Shown here: positions 25,731-36,975 of the stretch, piece after piece | Layout: each line of letters begins with the position of its first letter | Position numbering within the stretch: the first letter of the stretch is position 1 | Assembly (NCBI RefSeq): GCF_018977255.1 | Contig: NW_024704743.1 | Span: forward strand, 91,452,001-91,516,000 | DNA from: Callorhinchus milii | Taxonomy: Eukaryota | DNA length: 64,000 nucleotides | Reading direction: 5' to 3' | Translations under genes and position numbers: made by a program | Notes under the pieces: model-generated | Seen by the model: only the letters and a program-made list of their open reading frames with translations | Database searches by the model: none | Told to the model about the DNA's origin: nothing

Positions 25731-28700
25731 TCCAGGTTCCACCTTATTCCACATTTTTGCTAGAGATCGATTTGTGTCATTGACAAAATCCTTTCACCTG
25801 GCACACACTGCACTTCAGTTAACACCAGCAGCAATCTCCAGGCTGCAGTTGTATTTCTCTTCTTCTATGAACACTTGTAAAAGATTAGATGTCTATTCAC
25901 GGTGTGAAATATTTTCTAAAACACCACAATGCCTACAACAATAATGATTTTGTGCAAAAACTATTAAAAAATGTGAAGATGAGCCTTGCTTTTACAATCC
26001 ATTCAATCCCTTTCGTAACACTCTGAAATTTTTCAACGGTAAACTAGCCAATCTTCAATATGAGACTCTCCAGTCTTCATAAAACACTTCTCTTCTCAAC
26101 ACTCTTTTACTTCAAAACTGGATGATTTCTTTAGTTATTCAATAGACATTTTTATCTCCTGACTGACAAGTGCCTATTTTCCACTCACTCCTAGGCACAC
26201 TCCTCTCTCAATGCTAATTTACCTCTCGGTATTCTTGGTTTCCTTCCTACAATAGTTGAGCAATTCATATTAATGCAGTACATTAAAGAGCTCTTCCATC
26301 ACTCTTTTACAGCAACAAAACTGGGTATCCTTGTTACGGCACATTTTATTAAAACTTGTATATTATATAGATTTCTGCATTTAGACTGACAGCTAATTTT
26401 CTTGCATGACTATAAAGAGCTTGGAGCTTTATATTAGGAAAAAAATATAGGGTGAACACTTCCACGCTTTTGAGTTAAATACTGATTTTTTTTATCTTTC
26501 ATGAGATGGATGAGAACTCTCATCTCCATCCCTCAAAATCTTCAGTCTGCAAAATGCATTCTTTGAAGCCATTTTGGTCTTGCAGATATTCTCCACAACA
26601 ACAACAATTTTACATTTGTATATCACTTTTCATGTCGGTAGGATGTCTCAAAAGCACTTCTTGAACTCCACTAAGCTGCTTTAAGTATACATTTAAGGCT
26701 GGCTGCTATTTTGAGCATGTAACCAAGCAAATATTTTGCAGTAATAGTCATGTAGTAACACAACAAATACTGGGATTAGTTTTTCCAGTCGGTTTACTAG
26801 AGCAGTGTGGATTTGATCATCATATGCAAAAATTGGCGTAGCCATTTGAGCACATTGCTGATGCATAATCGACTGACATGTTTGCCTACATAGTCACTAC
26901 ATTTGACAGTGATTTCTTGTGAAGAACTTAAAGGCATTTCGATGTGATAAGGAACTATAAAAATGCAAAGTTTTCCTTCTCATTCTTTCTTAAAACACTG
27001 CCATTAATCAGCAAAGTAAAGTTACCAACAGCCGATGAATAATACATACCAATAAATAATGCACCGCAAGCCACTATCCTGCATGTAGGGTGTATAAATG
27101 CAAGTTGTTGTTGTTGTTGTACTCTGTTCACCATCAGAGACGAGCAAATTTACCAACAAGTGTGAGAACGATCACCATTTTGGCACAATTCTTTGACAGA
27201 TGCGAAAACCACTAAAATTCGAAAATCATTCCATCTTTTTCAGCAGTTTCCATCCATCTGCGCTTTCCATAGTGAGTGATAAAACCATTCAAATATTGAA
27301 ACTAAGAAAGTAAAGCGGTGGAACTGCCTCATTAAAACAGATGATGTGGTGTGCCCCATGTTGTGGAACCCTGATTTACAGTGACAACAGGGTCCATTTT
27401 AATTGAACATTTTGGTTGACTTAACATCAGCGCTAAATTCAGCACCACTTTGCAAAATGGTCTCATGCTCACTCTGGTGCAGGGGTAGGGCACTGCTCAG
27501 CAACAAAACACTGCAGCTTCCGACCGACCCAAAGTTACTGAAGCCATTGACAAAGGCTGACAATATAGCATCACTGAGACAAAGAGACCGCTGGTATTTA
27601 TTTAGATTTCGACCCTTGGCGTTTATTGCGTAAAATACGCAGACATGTTTTCAACAAATTTTAAAAATAATTCAGTGGTATTTAGAGCTGTGCCTACTCA
27701 ACATTTTTTTTACACACGCACATGCATAGCTATTTATATTTCATCACCAACTATTATTCTAAATTCCCACATTCCCACCTTCCCTTATTGTGCACTGCTT
27801 GTGTAACACTGTGAAAGAACACAGAAGGGGAGGAGAGTTGGGATCTTTAAATCATTCCTCCCGTTCTCTCCCCACCCCATCATGTATTAACTTAACCCTT
27901 GTAACCAAAGAAGGTCCCGAGAACGTATGTACAGTAAACACGTACGCATCAGGGCGCTTTCTGAAAGCAGCAACTGCGCCTTATCAGGGTGTGTGTAGGT
28001 GCGCACATGGATGTGGTGTACACAGGGGTGATTCCCGACTCTGTTAAAGGGAGCATCCCAAAACATGTGAGCACAACCTCTGTGCAGGGAAGGAATGTAT
28101 CGTAAACAACTGAATGTTTTTTCTATTGGGAGAAAAGAAAAAAAATTGTGACAGAAGATGTAGTGTTGTTTTAGATTTCTGTTGTACTAAATATTGTATC
28201 TATAAATAAATATATATTTTCAAAAAAAGTTAATTTAATCCTGCTTCCATTCTACATCTCTTTTGATAACCTCCATCATTGGCATGCCACCAGATGCCGT
28301 ACAAAGCCACTTATTTACGCTGTTTTTAAAAATCCCCACAACTACGATGTATTGAATTTGCTCTACCTCGTCTTCCACTGAGCATATCCACATCTGAGTG
28401 ACATGAATGAATGGCAACTGTGCTCATTGTGGAGGAAAGCTTGACTTGGATTACCGAACTAATACTCTCCCCCCCCCACCCATACTCTACATCTGGCTAA
28501 GATATATGACACTTTGACACTAGATATTACATGAAGGAAGGAGCTGCTCACTGGGCATGGACTTTAGTGGACACGAATGAGCAGACTATCTATCTGTTTT
28601 TAACCAACCAAATCTGCAAGCCTGGTTCAACTCCAGGGACAGCTCCCTGCCAGCATCGGACTAAGAACAGAGACGTGCATCACGAACAAGGCTGCAGAAC

Positions 28701-29939
28701 AAACCGCGAGAATACAACCTCTGATCCCAGCAACATCATCAAGAGAGCCCATTAATAAAATTACTCTTTCAAACAAATGAAGGTTTTTACCACTGCAACA
28801 ATTGTGTCCAAGCTTGGGGGGAAACACACACATGTACATTGATAAATATTTTCATTAGTTTTAGCTGTTGTGATAGTCTTGTATTGTTTGGGTATTGCAT
28901 TGGCTCTTACCTTCCACACAAACATTTCATCAATCTTAAATGGCTGTAAAAAGACTTTCTGTGAAAATGTTATAAAGCACTGGACATGATACATAAAGCA
29001 TACAAAGTCATTGTATAGTCATTGCAATATTCACCAAATAAATTAAATATTACGCAATTAGAACACTTTTCATTTTGGTGCGCGAGTTTCCCATTGATTA
29101 ATAATTGATGATACTGAAAACATTACAATGACAAATGTAAAGTATTGCAGATTTGCATTGCAAGTGCTGAGATCATTCCGTCCCTTTCTCTTTCTTCCAA
29201 TTCACTCCAAGACTGGAACCCTGCCAGGAGCCGCAGTTTTAAATTTGTAGCCTTTCAAGTTACAGTTGCAAACCCTTATTTTTATCCCTGATTTATTCTG
29301 TACATAATTCACCCTTAAAATAAAACCACAGAACCGTAATGACGAAGAGCTCTGAATATTTGCTTTGATGGATTGAGCAAATGAACACCCTTCTTCCCTC
29401 AATAATGAGTATTAGATACTGGTCTTAAAGTGCCCTTGAATGCATACCATACTTTCTCATGTTTTGCGTTTGTTTTCAGTGCCTTTTCCTCTCTGCAGCG
29501 TTGCCTAAAGGTTTATCTGTGTGAATGCAGCATGCCCTCAGCTATTTACCAATGCTGGTCCAGAGCCAAAAAATTGGAAAGTGCTTGTCCCTCCACCTGA
29601 CAAATTCCCTCAATGGTCCGGTTGGGAACCTGGTGGTTTGTATGTGTATGTGTGGAGGGGAGGAGAAGAGTATGAGGAACCAAAGATACAAATCCACACC
29701 ATCTATAACACAGAATCCTGGAACAAAACACACTGTACTACCATTTGCCTTAAATGGTATGACAGAATAATTTAAAGATACATTCTAGAGAAAACGCCAA
29801 GTACACCAGCTCTAATCCTAAATATACAAGCTCTGTAGTGTGATAATTTCCCATATCAGTGCAGGCACAATACTAGATTCTGTTCAGGTCAATATTGAAA
29901 CTTCACTATAACAGTATATACACAATTTATTTAGCTGGC

Positions 29940-30233
29940 AAAATACAGTCATTACGCTTTACACTGTATTCTGTGAATCACTTTGAGACAGACGTCCTCC
30001 TGAAATGAAAGGCGCTGTATCAAGTGTAAGCATTATTGTTCTGCATTATTATTATTAATAATAAACTCCAAATATTGCAAATGTTTGTGGGACACTGCTG
30101 TGTGCAATTGGCTGCCACGTTTTGCCCACAAAATAAACAGTCAATTTACTTTACAATATATTCTGTGAAGCGTTTTGAGATGCCTCGAAGACGTGAAAAG
30201 GCGCTATATCAAATGGAAGCATTATTATTATTA
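29940..30233 (+). mobile_element. Two tandem SINE 3' halves
   Basis: Two successive tails ending gtgaaa(a/g)ggcgct(a/g)tatcaa...attattatt. The Deu motif is at 30085-30130. Confidence 0.8.
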
Positions 30234-31815
30234 AATAACACATAGCATTGTACAGAGTGGAGTTTGGTCCAGGAATTTCTGATCTCAGAACAATGTTTTG
30301 TGTACTACCACACGGGTATTGTGTACAACATGTTAGTCCTTAATCAATCCAGAAACATGAAAAGCGCAATTGAATAAAAGCATAATGATCTCCAAGGCAG
30401 AGAGGCACGATTGCACCAAAATGTAAACAGTTTTCCAGAATGTGCAACACAATTGATTCTATCTCCAACACACGCAGTTTGTGTAAAATAGAGAAAATGT
30501 AGACAATTTCTGGCAGTGGGGGTGGGGGGGGGGGGTTATATATTGAAAATGGGTAGATAATACCAAAAAATGAATGTAAAAACACAAACTGCATTGCTCC
30601 TGAGTTTGTTTTCTGCCGATTTAACAATTGCCTTTTACTCCATATCAAAAACATTTCTTCCACAAATCAATCATATGGAATCGTCTGGCATCAGTTTTTT
30701 TACACACATTGCCTGAGGCTCAGAAGTCTGTCCACAAAGTTCTTCCTCTCTCTTCTTCCCACCTTCTCCCAGTAATAAATGAGTTAAGCTCTAAATGTTT
30801 GTCATCCTGTTGTCTCATTCAATAGAATGATGCCACAGCTGCTGTGTTTTTTTCCAGGACAATTTGAATCATGGTGTGAACACTGCATGATTTGCCCCAG
30901 AGGCTATGCATCAACTTCCTTATTTATCTTAACAGAAAAATTCCTTGCTGGGCACATTTCTTTTCAATATCATTTGAAACTGATTGCACTTCAAGTCATT
31001 TCTCTCGCCGCTCTCAAGTAAATGCAGTTTAAATAAATCGAAATCTCAGTTTTCTCTCCCCAAACAAACTCCAAATAACAAACCGCTGATGGACCCTTCA
31101 TTTATTAACCATTCCCTTAGTCACATTATTTTCAACTTTCTTCCTCCCATCCCCACCTGAACATTATACATATCGCTCAGTTATTTAACGCAGCTTATTA
31201 GCAAATCCTTACAATAAAAGAACCCTCAAAACTTTCCTTGTTCTACCCATCTGCTCAAATTCAGAATAAAAGATTTTTTTTTTGGTCAGCGGGGTGTCTG
31301 ACACATATGGAAACCCACCACCATGCTTAAGAGTATCCAAACCAAGCTGAGATTTCCGTGCATCCCACCTACACATGGAAAATCCCAGAGATAGGACTGC
31401 TGGAATGGAATTTAAAATAAAACAGGGGTCACAGATGAGCTCGCTGACAATACACACATCAGCGGTGATGTGTAAGTATTTTTAAAAATATATGATAGTG
31501 TTATTTGGACCAGCAAAAAAACAAATGCAACGCTAGTTTCCGTTCTCAAGTAATATAAAGTTCTGCTGAATGGATGGATCACTGCAGTCAATCTGGGAAA
31601 CTGGAGGGAACAAGGTGGGTGGGGAGGGAGGGAGAGAGTCACCTGCTTGTACTGTATTGTCTGTGACAACCTGACCTCTCACTACAGCCTCTCCCAGCAC
31701 ATCAACCCTCCATTTACCTGCTCCCCTTCTCCTTTCCTTTTGCATCATTTCACTTCGGTTTAAATAAACAGCTTTGCTCAACCGGCAGAGCTGTAGCCTT
31801 GTAACTGACCTGCCG

Positions 31816-32568
31816 AGCCCAGCTCAGCCCAGCCCAGCTCAGCCCACAGCTCAGCCCACAGCCCACAGCCCAGCCCAGCCCACAGCTCAGCCCACAGCCC
31901 AGCTCAGCCCAGCCCACAGCCCAGCTCAGCCCACAGCCCAGCCCAGCTCAGCCCACAGCCCACAGCCCAGCTCAGCCCACAGCCCACAGCCCAGCCCACA
32001 GCCCAGCTCAGCCCATAGCCCAGCTCAGCCCACAGCCCAGCCCACAGCCCAGCTCAGCCCACAGCCCACAGCCCAGCTCAGCCCACAGCCCACAGCCCAG
32101 CTCAGCCCACAGCCCAGCCCACAGCCCAGCTCAGCCCACAGCCCAGCCCACAGCCCAGCTCAGCCCACAGCTCAGCCCTCAGCCCACAGCCCACAGCCCA
32201 GCTCAGCCCACAGCCCAGCTCAGCCCACAGCCCAGCTCAGCCCACAGCCCAGCTCAGCCCACAGCCCAGCTCAGCCCAGCCCACAGCCCAGCTCAGCCCA
32301 GCCCACAGCCCAGCTCAGCCCACAGCCCAGCTCAGCCCAGCCCACAGCTCAGCCCACAGCCCAGCTCAGCCCACAGCTCAGCCCACAGCCCAGCTCAGCC
32401 CACAGCCCAGCCCAGCCCAGCCCACAGCTCAGCCCACAGCCCAGCTCAGCTCAGCCCACAGCCCAGCTCAGCCCACAGCCCAGCACAGCCCAGCCCACAG
32501 CCCAGCTCAGCCCACAGCCCAGCCCAGCCCAGCCCAGCAGCTCAACCCACAGCTCAGCTCCTCAGCTC
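31816..32568 (-). repeat. About 750-bp GGGCT/GAGCT/GGGCTGT pentamer-based array
   Basis: The plus strand is CAGCC/CAGCT/CACAGCC units. The array starts about 18 nt after the 32586 splice donor. Confidence 0.95.
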
Positions 32569-32586
32569 GTAGGGAAACATACTCAC

Positions 32587-32623
32587 ATCGCTGGTTGCGA
32601 CGCTTGCCTTTGAACATGGTCAT
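32587..32623 (-). CDS. RALYL: RALYL alternative first coding exon, 37 coding nt: MTMFKGKRRNQR plus the first base of Tyr
   Basis: The minus strand reads agaATG ACC ATG TTC AAA GGC AAG CGT CGC AAC CAG CGA T|gtgagt. The phase-1 donor joins the phase-1 acceptor at 12197 (T+AT = Tyr), giving [22 protein letters not shown]. This resembles a mammalian RALYL short-isoform N-terminus that I recall as [22 protein letters not shown] (from memory, needs checking). Confidence 0.85.
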
Positions 32624-32659
32624 TCTGAAGGGCTCCAGCTTGGCTGCTGATGGCTGGCG

Positions 32660-32801
32660 GGGAGGGCAGGGCTGGCAGGGCAGGGCTGGCAGGGAGGGCA
32701 GGGCAGGGCAGGGCTGGCAGGGTGGGCTGGCAGGGAGGGCAGGGCAGGGCTGGCAGGGTGGGCTGGCAGGGCAATGCAGGGCTGGCAGGGCAGGGAGGGC
32801 A
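32660..32801. repeat. (GGGCA/GGGCTGGCA)n repeat within the putative 5' UTR
   Basis: Direct reading. It lies between the promoter motifs and the ATG at 32623. Confidence 0.9.
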
Positions 32802-32839
32802 GTCACAGCGAGCCTCGCACTTGCTGCTCAGGAGCCAGT

Positions 32840-32995
32840 CAGTGACTGACTGACTGACACGGTGCTCAGCCCCAGTTGCGGTGATACCACTCGCAAACTG
32901 CACAGAGGGGGCGTCTCCGCAGCCTCCACTCCGCGATCGCTCACACCGCCCCGGAGAGCCCAGCAGTGCGCTCTCATTGGCACCTTCTCCCCGCC
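32840..32995 (-). promoter_or_regulatory. Internal promoter / TSS region for the RALYL short isoform
   Basis: Locally CpG-rich. On the minus strand there is a CCAAT box (32976-32980), GC boxes GGGGCGG (32946-32952) and GGCGGGG (32989-32995), and Inr-like TCAGTC repeats (about 32844-32857). All lie 220-370 nt upstream of the ATG at 32623. Confidence 0.7.
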
Positions 32996-32997
32996 TT

Positions 32998-33651
32998 GGG
33001 GGGGAGGTGGGGGGACGGGGGGGTTCGGGAGGGGGGTGTTGAGGTGGGGGGTGAGGGAGGGGGGGGGGGGGTGAGGGAGGGGGGGTTGGGGTGAGGGAGG
33101 GGGGGGTTGGGGGGGTTCGGGAGGGGGGGTTGGGGGGGTTCGGGAGGGAGGGTGGGGGGGGTGAGGGAGGGGGGGTTGGGGGGTGAGGGAGGGTGGGGGG
33201 GGTGAGGGAGGGGGGGGGTGAGGGAGGGTTGGGGGGGTGAGGGAGGGTGGGGGGGGGTGAGGGAGGGGGGGTTGGGGGGTGAGGGAGGGTGGGGGGGGGT
33301 GAGGGAGGGGGGGGTTGGGGGGTGAGGGAGGGTTGGGGGGGTGAGGGAGGGTGGGGGGGTGAGGGAGGGGGGGGGGGGGGTGAGGGAGGGGGGGTTGGGG
33401 GGGTGAGGGAGGTTGGGGGGGGTGAGGGAGGGGGGGGTTGGGGGGGTGAGGGAGGGTGGGGTGGGGGGTGAGGGAGGGTGGGGGGGGGGGGGTGGGGGGG
33501 GTGAGGGAGGGGTGGGTTGGGGGTGAGGGAGGGTGGGGGGGGGTGAGGGGGGGGGGGGGGGGTGAGGGAGGTTGGGGGGGTGAGGGAGGGGGGGTTGGGG
33601 GGGTGAGGGAGGGTGGGGGTGGGGGGTGAGGGAGGGGGGGGTTGGGGGGGG
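32998..33651 (+). repeat. About 650-bp G-run array (GnTGAGGGAGn), G-quadruplex-prone
   Basis: Repeated ggggtgagggagggg units with long G runs, immediately upstream of the minus-strand promoter. Confidence 0.95.
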
Positions 33652-33839
33652 TGCGGCCAGAAATAATATCTCAGACCCTCTGCACAAATCCCCGTGGCTG
33701 CTCTGACCGGGACCTCTCGCCTTTGTCCCCTCACTGGCGACACTTCACTGCTCTGCAAACTGCTTTGCACACTTTCAGGTGCATCGCTGAAATACATAGC
33801 AGTGATCATGACAATAATATTAATAATAATTTAGTCGTT

Positions 33840-34003
33840 CAATCCATTGAGGGACGCTGCCGTGTGCGAATGGTTGCCTGGTTTTGTCCCCCGAAATGTA
33901 CGGTCAATTCACTTTACAGTTATATGCTGTGAAGCGCTTTGAGACTGTCAAAGACTTGATAAGGTGCTGTGTCAAATGCAAGGATTATTATTATTACTAT
34001 TAT
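33840..34003 (+). mobile_element. SINE 3' half
   Basis: Deu motif plus the caaatgcaaggattattatt tail. Confidence 0.8.
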
Positions 34004-34351
34004 GGCTTGGTATGATTGACATGTTGGACGTGCAACTGGCAGTGCCAACACTGGTTTAATGCGGTTTGCGTTCAACCACAGATTATTATTTTACACCTAT
34101 GTTAGAGCTTAATTGTGACCAGATTTGAAACCAAAGGAAGCCAAATGGGCCGTTTAAATTTATCGCTAATAATCCCTGCAGTCAAAATAGCGCCAAAACA
34201 TCTAAACACCCCAAAACGCTTCACAGGTAATTACTGTAACAATGTAGTGATTGCATATTTTTAAGCAAACACAGCGGACAGTTTGAACACAGCAATGTCA
34301 ATAAAATAGCCACAAAGTAAACAATAACAATTTACACAAACAAACAAATTC

Positions 34352-35060
34352 ATAAATAAATAAATAAATAAATAAATAGCTTATTTCACATTCGAGGATA
34401 TCTTAAAGCTCTGCAGAGATCTGACTGGAAGCCAATGGGGAAGGATAAGGAAGGTGAGTTTAAATGCTAGGTCCTGAAATGGGTTTTGAAGGTGAGGCAG
34501 AGGGACCCCGGGATGGAGCTCCAGAGAGTGGGGGCAGAATGTGATGAAAGTTTGCCCACTAATCATGGGGTGGATCAGATGGGGAACATGAAGAAGAAGC
34601 AGATTATTTATCCCCGTGTCCTGGTCAATTCTCCAGATGAACTGATTCTTCTTCTTCCTCACTTGGCTTCACTGGCACAACAACCCCAGTGGGTCCAGTT
34701 CAAGGACCTCACCTTCAATTTCAAATCCCTCCACTCCTCACACCTTACCTCTACCACCTCCTACAACCCTACAGGCCAGGATGCTCCTGTCCTTTGAATG
34801 AGACGTTAAACCATCTCCTGTATCTCCTGGAGGTGCCGTCCTCTGAATGAGATGTTAAACTGTCTGCCTGTTCAAGGTAGACACTGAAGATCCTATGGCG
34901 CTACTTGAAAAACCAATGGAGTTTCCACTGGTGGTCTGACCAACAATTCCCCAGATAAAATTGTTCATTCACTTCACAACTTTCTGTGCGCAAATTGAGT
35001 GCCACATTCGTATACAAAATAAATAGTGACTACACTTTATAGTAAATCCTCATGACATAA
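34352..35060. mobile_element. Cluster: (TAAA)n, decayed L2 pieces in both orientations, and a plus-strand Deu-SINE (about 34785-35060)
   Basis: ggagctccagagagtgggggcaga (L2, minus), ccagttcaaggacctcaccttc (L2, plus), ggaggtgccgtcctctgaatgagatgttaaac (Deu core). Confidence 0.6.
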
Positions 35061-35649
35061 AAGGGACGAGGGGTTGAGGCAAGATCCAAATTAGCTTTCA
35101 AGCAGGAACTAGGTAGATATCTAAAATGGAGGAATTTACAAGGATATGGGGAAAAGGCATGTAAATTGGATTGAATGGATGGCACTTTAAAGCTTCTATG
35201 CTATAAATTTCTGTATATTGTTATGTTTTACACCCTTTCTTTCTTGCTATCCCATGGTTTGAGGTGGGGGGGGGGGGGGTGGGGTTGAGAGAAGCTTTAT
35301 GTCTGTTACAGATAATTAAATACTTTTATATTTTTAAGCATTTTGGGAGATGGGGAGAGAGAAGCTGGAAACTGTGTCTAGGGAACTTGCAAGCAATACT
35401 GTGAAATATTTTGCTCTGCATCAAAACTGAAATCCCTGGTATAGATTCCCACACGCGGAAATTGATTATTGAAATATGCGATTTGTAACCAATCACCAAA
35501 CAACTGGTAAATGCTGTAAAGCAGTGAGGATGTTTGTGCCAAACCTGCCCCAGGCCCACTCTCCGCTAGTTCTCAACCCACATCCCAGACCCCAGGCAAC
35601 ATAACACAATTGTCTGCTCACCATCTGCACATCACATGATCATTACTTT

Positions 35650-35808
35650 AATAATAATAATCCGTGCATTTGATATCGTGCCTTATCATGTCTTCGAGAC
35701 CTCTCAAAGCGCTTCACAGAATGTACTGTAAAGTGAATTGACTGTATATTTTGTGGGCATGGCAATTTCTCTTTATATTGCCATGCCCATTCCAATGCCT
35801 TATGAATA
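35650..35808 (-). mobile_element. SINE 3' half, variant with an extra module
   Basis: Standard tail, then atttctctttatattgccatgcccattccaatgccttatgaat, which is shared with the 42930 copy. Confidence 0.8.
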
Positions 35809-36105
35809 AAGACTACAGAAATGAGTAATTTGTTATTGTTATAACTGCAGAACAAATAAAAGGAAATAAAATACTTTATTCAACAAGAAAGGACTTACAT
35901 TTTTAACAGCATTAAAACAGAGCCTCCACCCCTTTCTATAAGCTTCTATTCCCTTCTCCCTCATGTACGCATCAAGTTTTGTATTATTTCTGCTTTCTGC
36001 TTCAACCACAGTTTCCAGTAGAGTTCCACGTTTTCACCACTGTCTGCATAGTGATTCTCCTAAACGTTGGATCTGTTACTGACTTTCTTGGATCTGTTAC
36101 TGACT

Positions 36106-36368
36106 GGCTCTGGAACTCAATCCCCCAGTGCCTTCGCCTCGCTTGCTCCCTTTCCTCCTTCAAGGCCGGTCTCAACGCCTTTCTCTTTGACCGAGCCTTC
36201 AGCTCCCCTCTCGACTCTCTACCCCCTCCTCGCTCCCTCCCTTCCCTCCTCTCACCCTGACCGTTTCCCCCCTGCTCGGGTCCTGGCCCAACTGTCCAGC
36301 GCCTTGGGACGTCCTCCCGATGTGAAAGGCGCTCTAAAAATGAAATCTTGTTGTTGTTATTGTTGTTC
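36106..36368 (+). mobile_element. Young L2 3' end
   Basis: Highly similar to 8471-8722. (TTG)n tail. Confidence 0.85.
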
Positions 36369-36469
36369 TTATATTTATGCTCTCTCATTTGGGATTCACT
36401 TTTTAAAAAAGTGTTAAAAATATTATTCATATACAAATTTGATACAGTTAACAAAGAAAAATATAATGC

Positions 36470-36975
36470 AGTCACCCGCTCACACCCTCACTCAGTCACC
36501 CACTCACACCCTCACCCACTCACACCCTCACCCAGTCACCCACTCACACCCTCACCCAATCACCCAGTCACACCCTCACCCACTCACACCCTCACCCACT
36601 CACATCCTCACCCACTCATACCCTCACCCAGTCACCCACTCACACCCTCACCCACTCATACCCTCACCCAGTCACCCACTCACACCCTCACCCACTCACA
36701 CCCTCACCCAATCATCCACTCACACCCTCACCCACTCATATCCTCACCCACTCATACCCTCACCCAGTCACCCACTCACACCCTCACCCACTCATACCCT
36801 CACCCAGTCACCCACACACACCCTCATCCACTCACACCCTCACCCACTCATACCCTCACCCAGTCACCCACTCACACCCTCACCCACTCACACCCTCACC
36901 CAATCACCCACACACACCCTCACCCACTCACACCCTCACCCACTTACACCCTCACCCACTCACACCCTCACCCGC
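36470..36975. repeat. About 500-bp array of 8-mers TCACCCAC / TCACACCC / TCACCCAG
   Basis: Direct reading. It generates the THS/HP-rich ORFs in the track. Confidence 0.95.

Noticed and set aside
27438..27460. REST/RE1-like TTCAGCACCAC
   Set aside because: Left half-site only; GGACAG is absent.
31774..32613. 279-aa SPAQPTAQ ORF
   Set aside because: Translation of the CAGCC/CAGCT satellite, antisense to RALYL, with a non-ATG start.
32583..33809. 408-aa Pro-rich ORF (and the overlapping 237-aa ORF)
   Set aside because: Translation of the G-run array and the 5' UTR repeat. Stop-free only because of low complexity.
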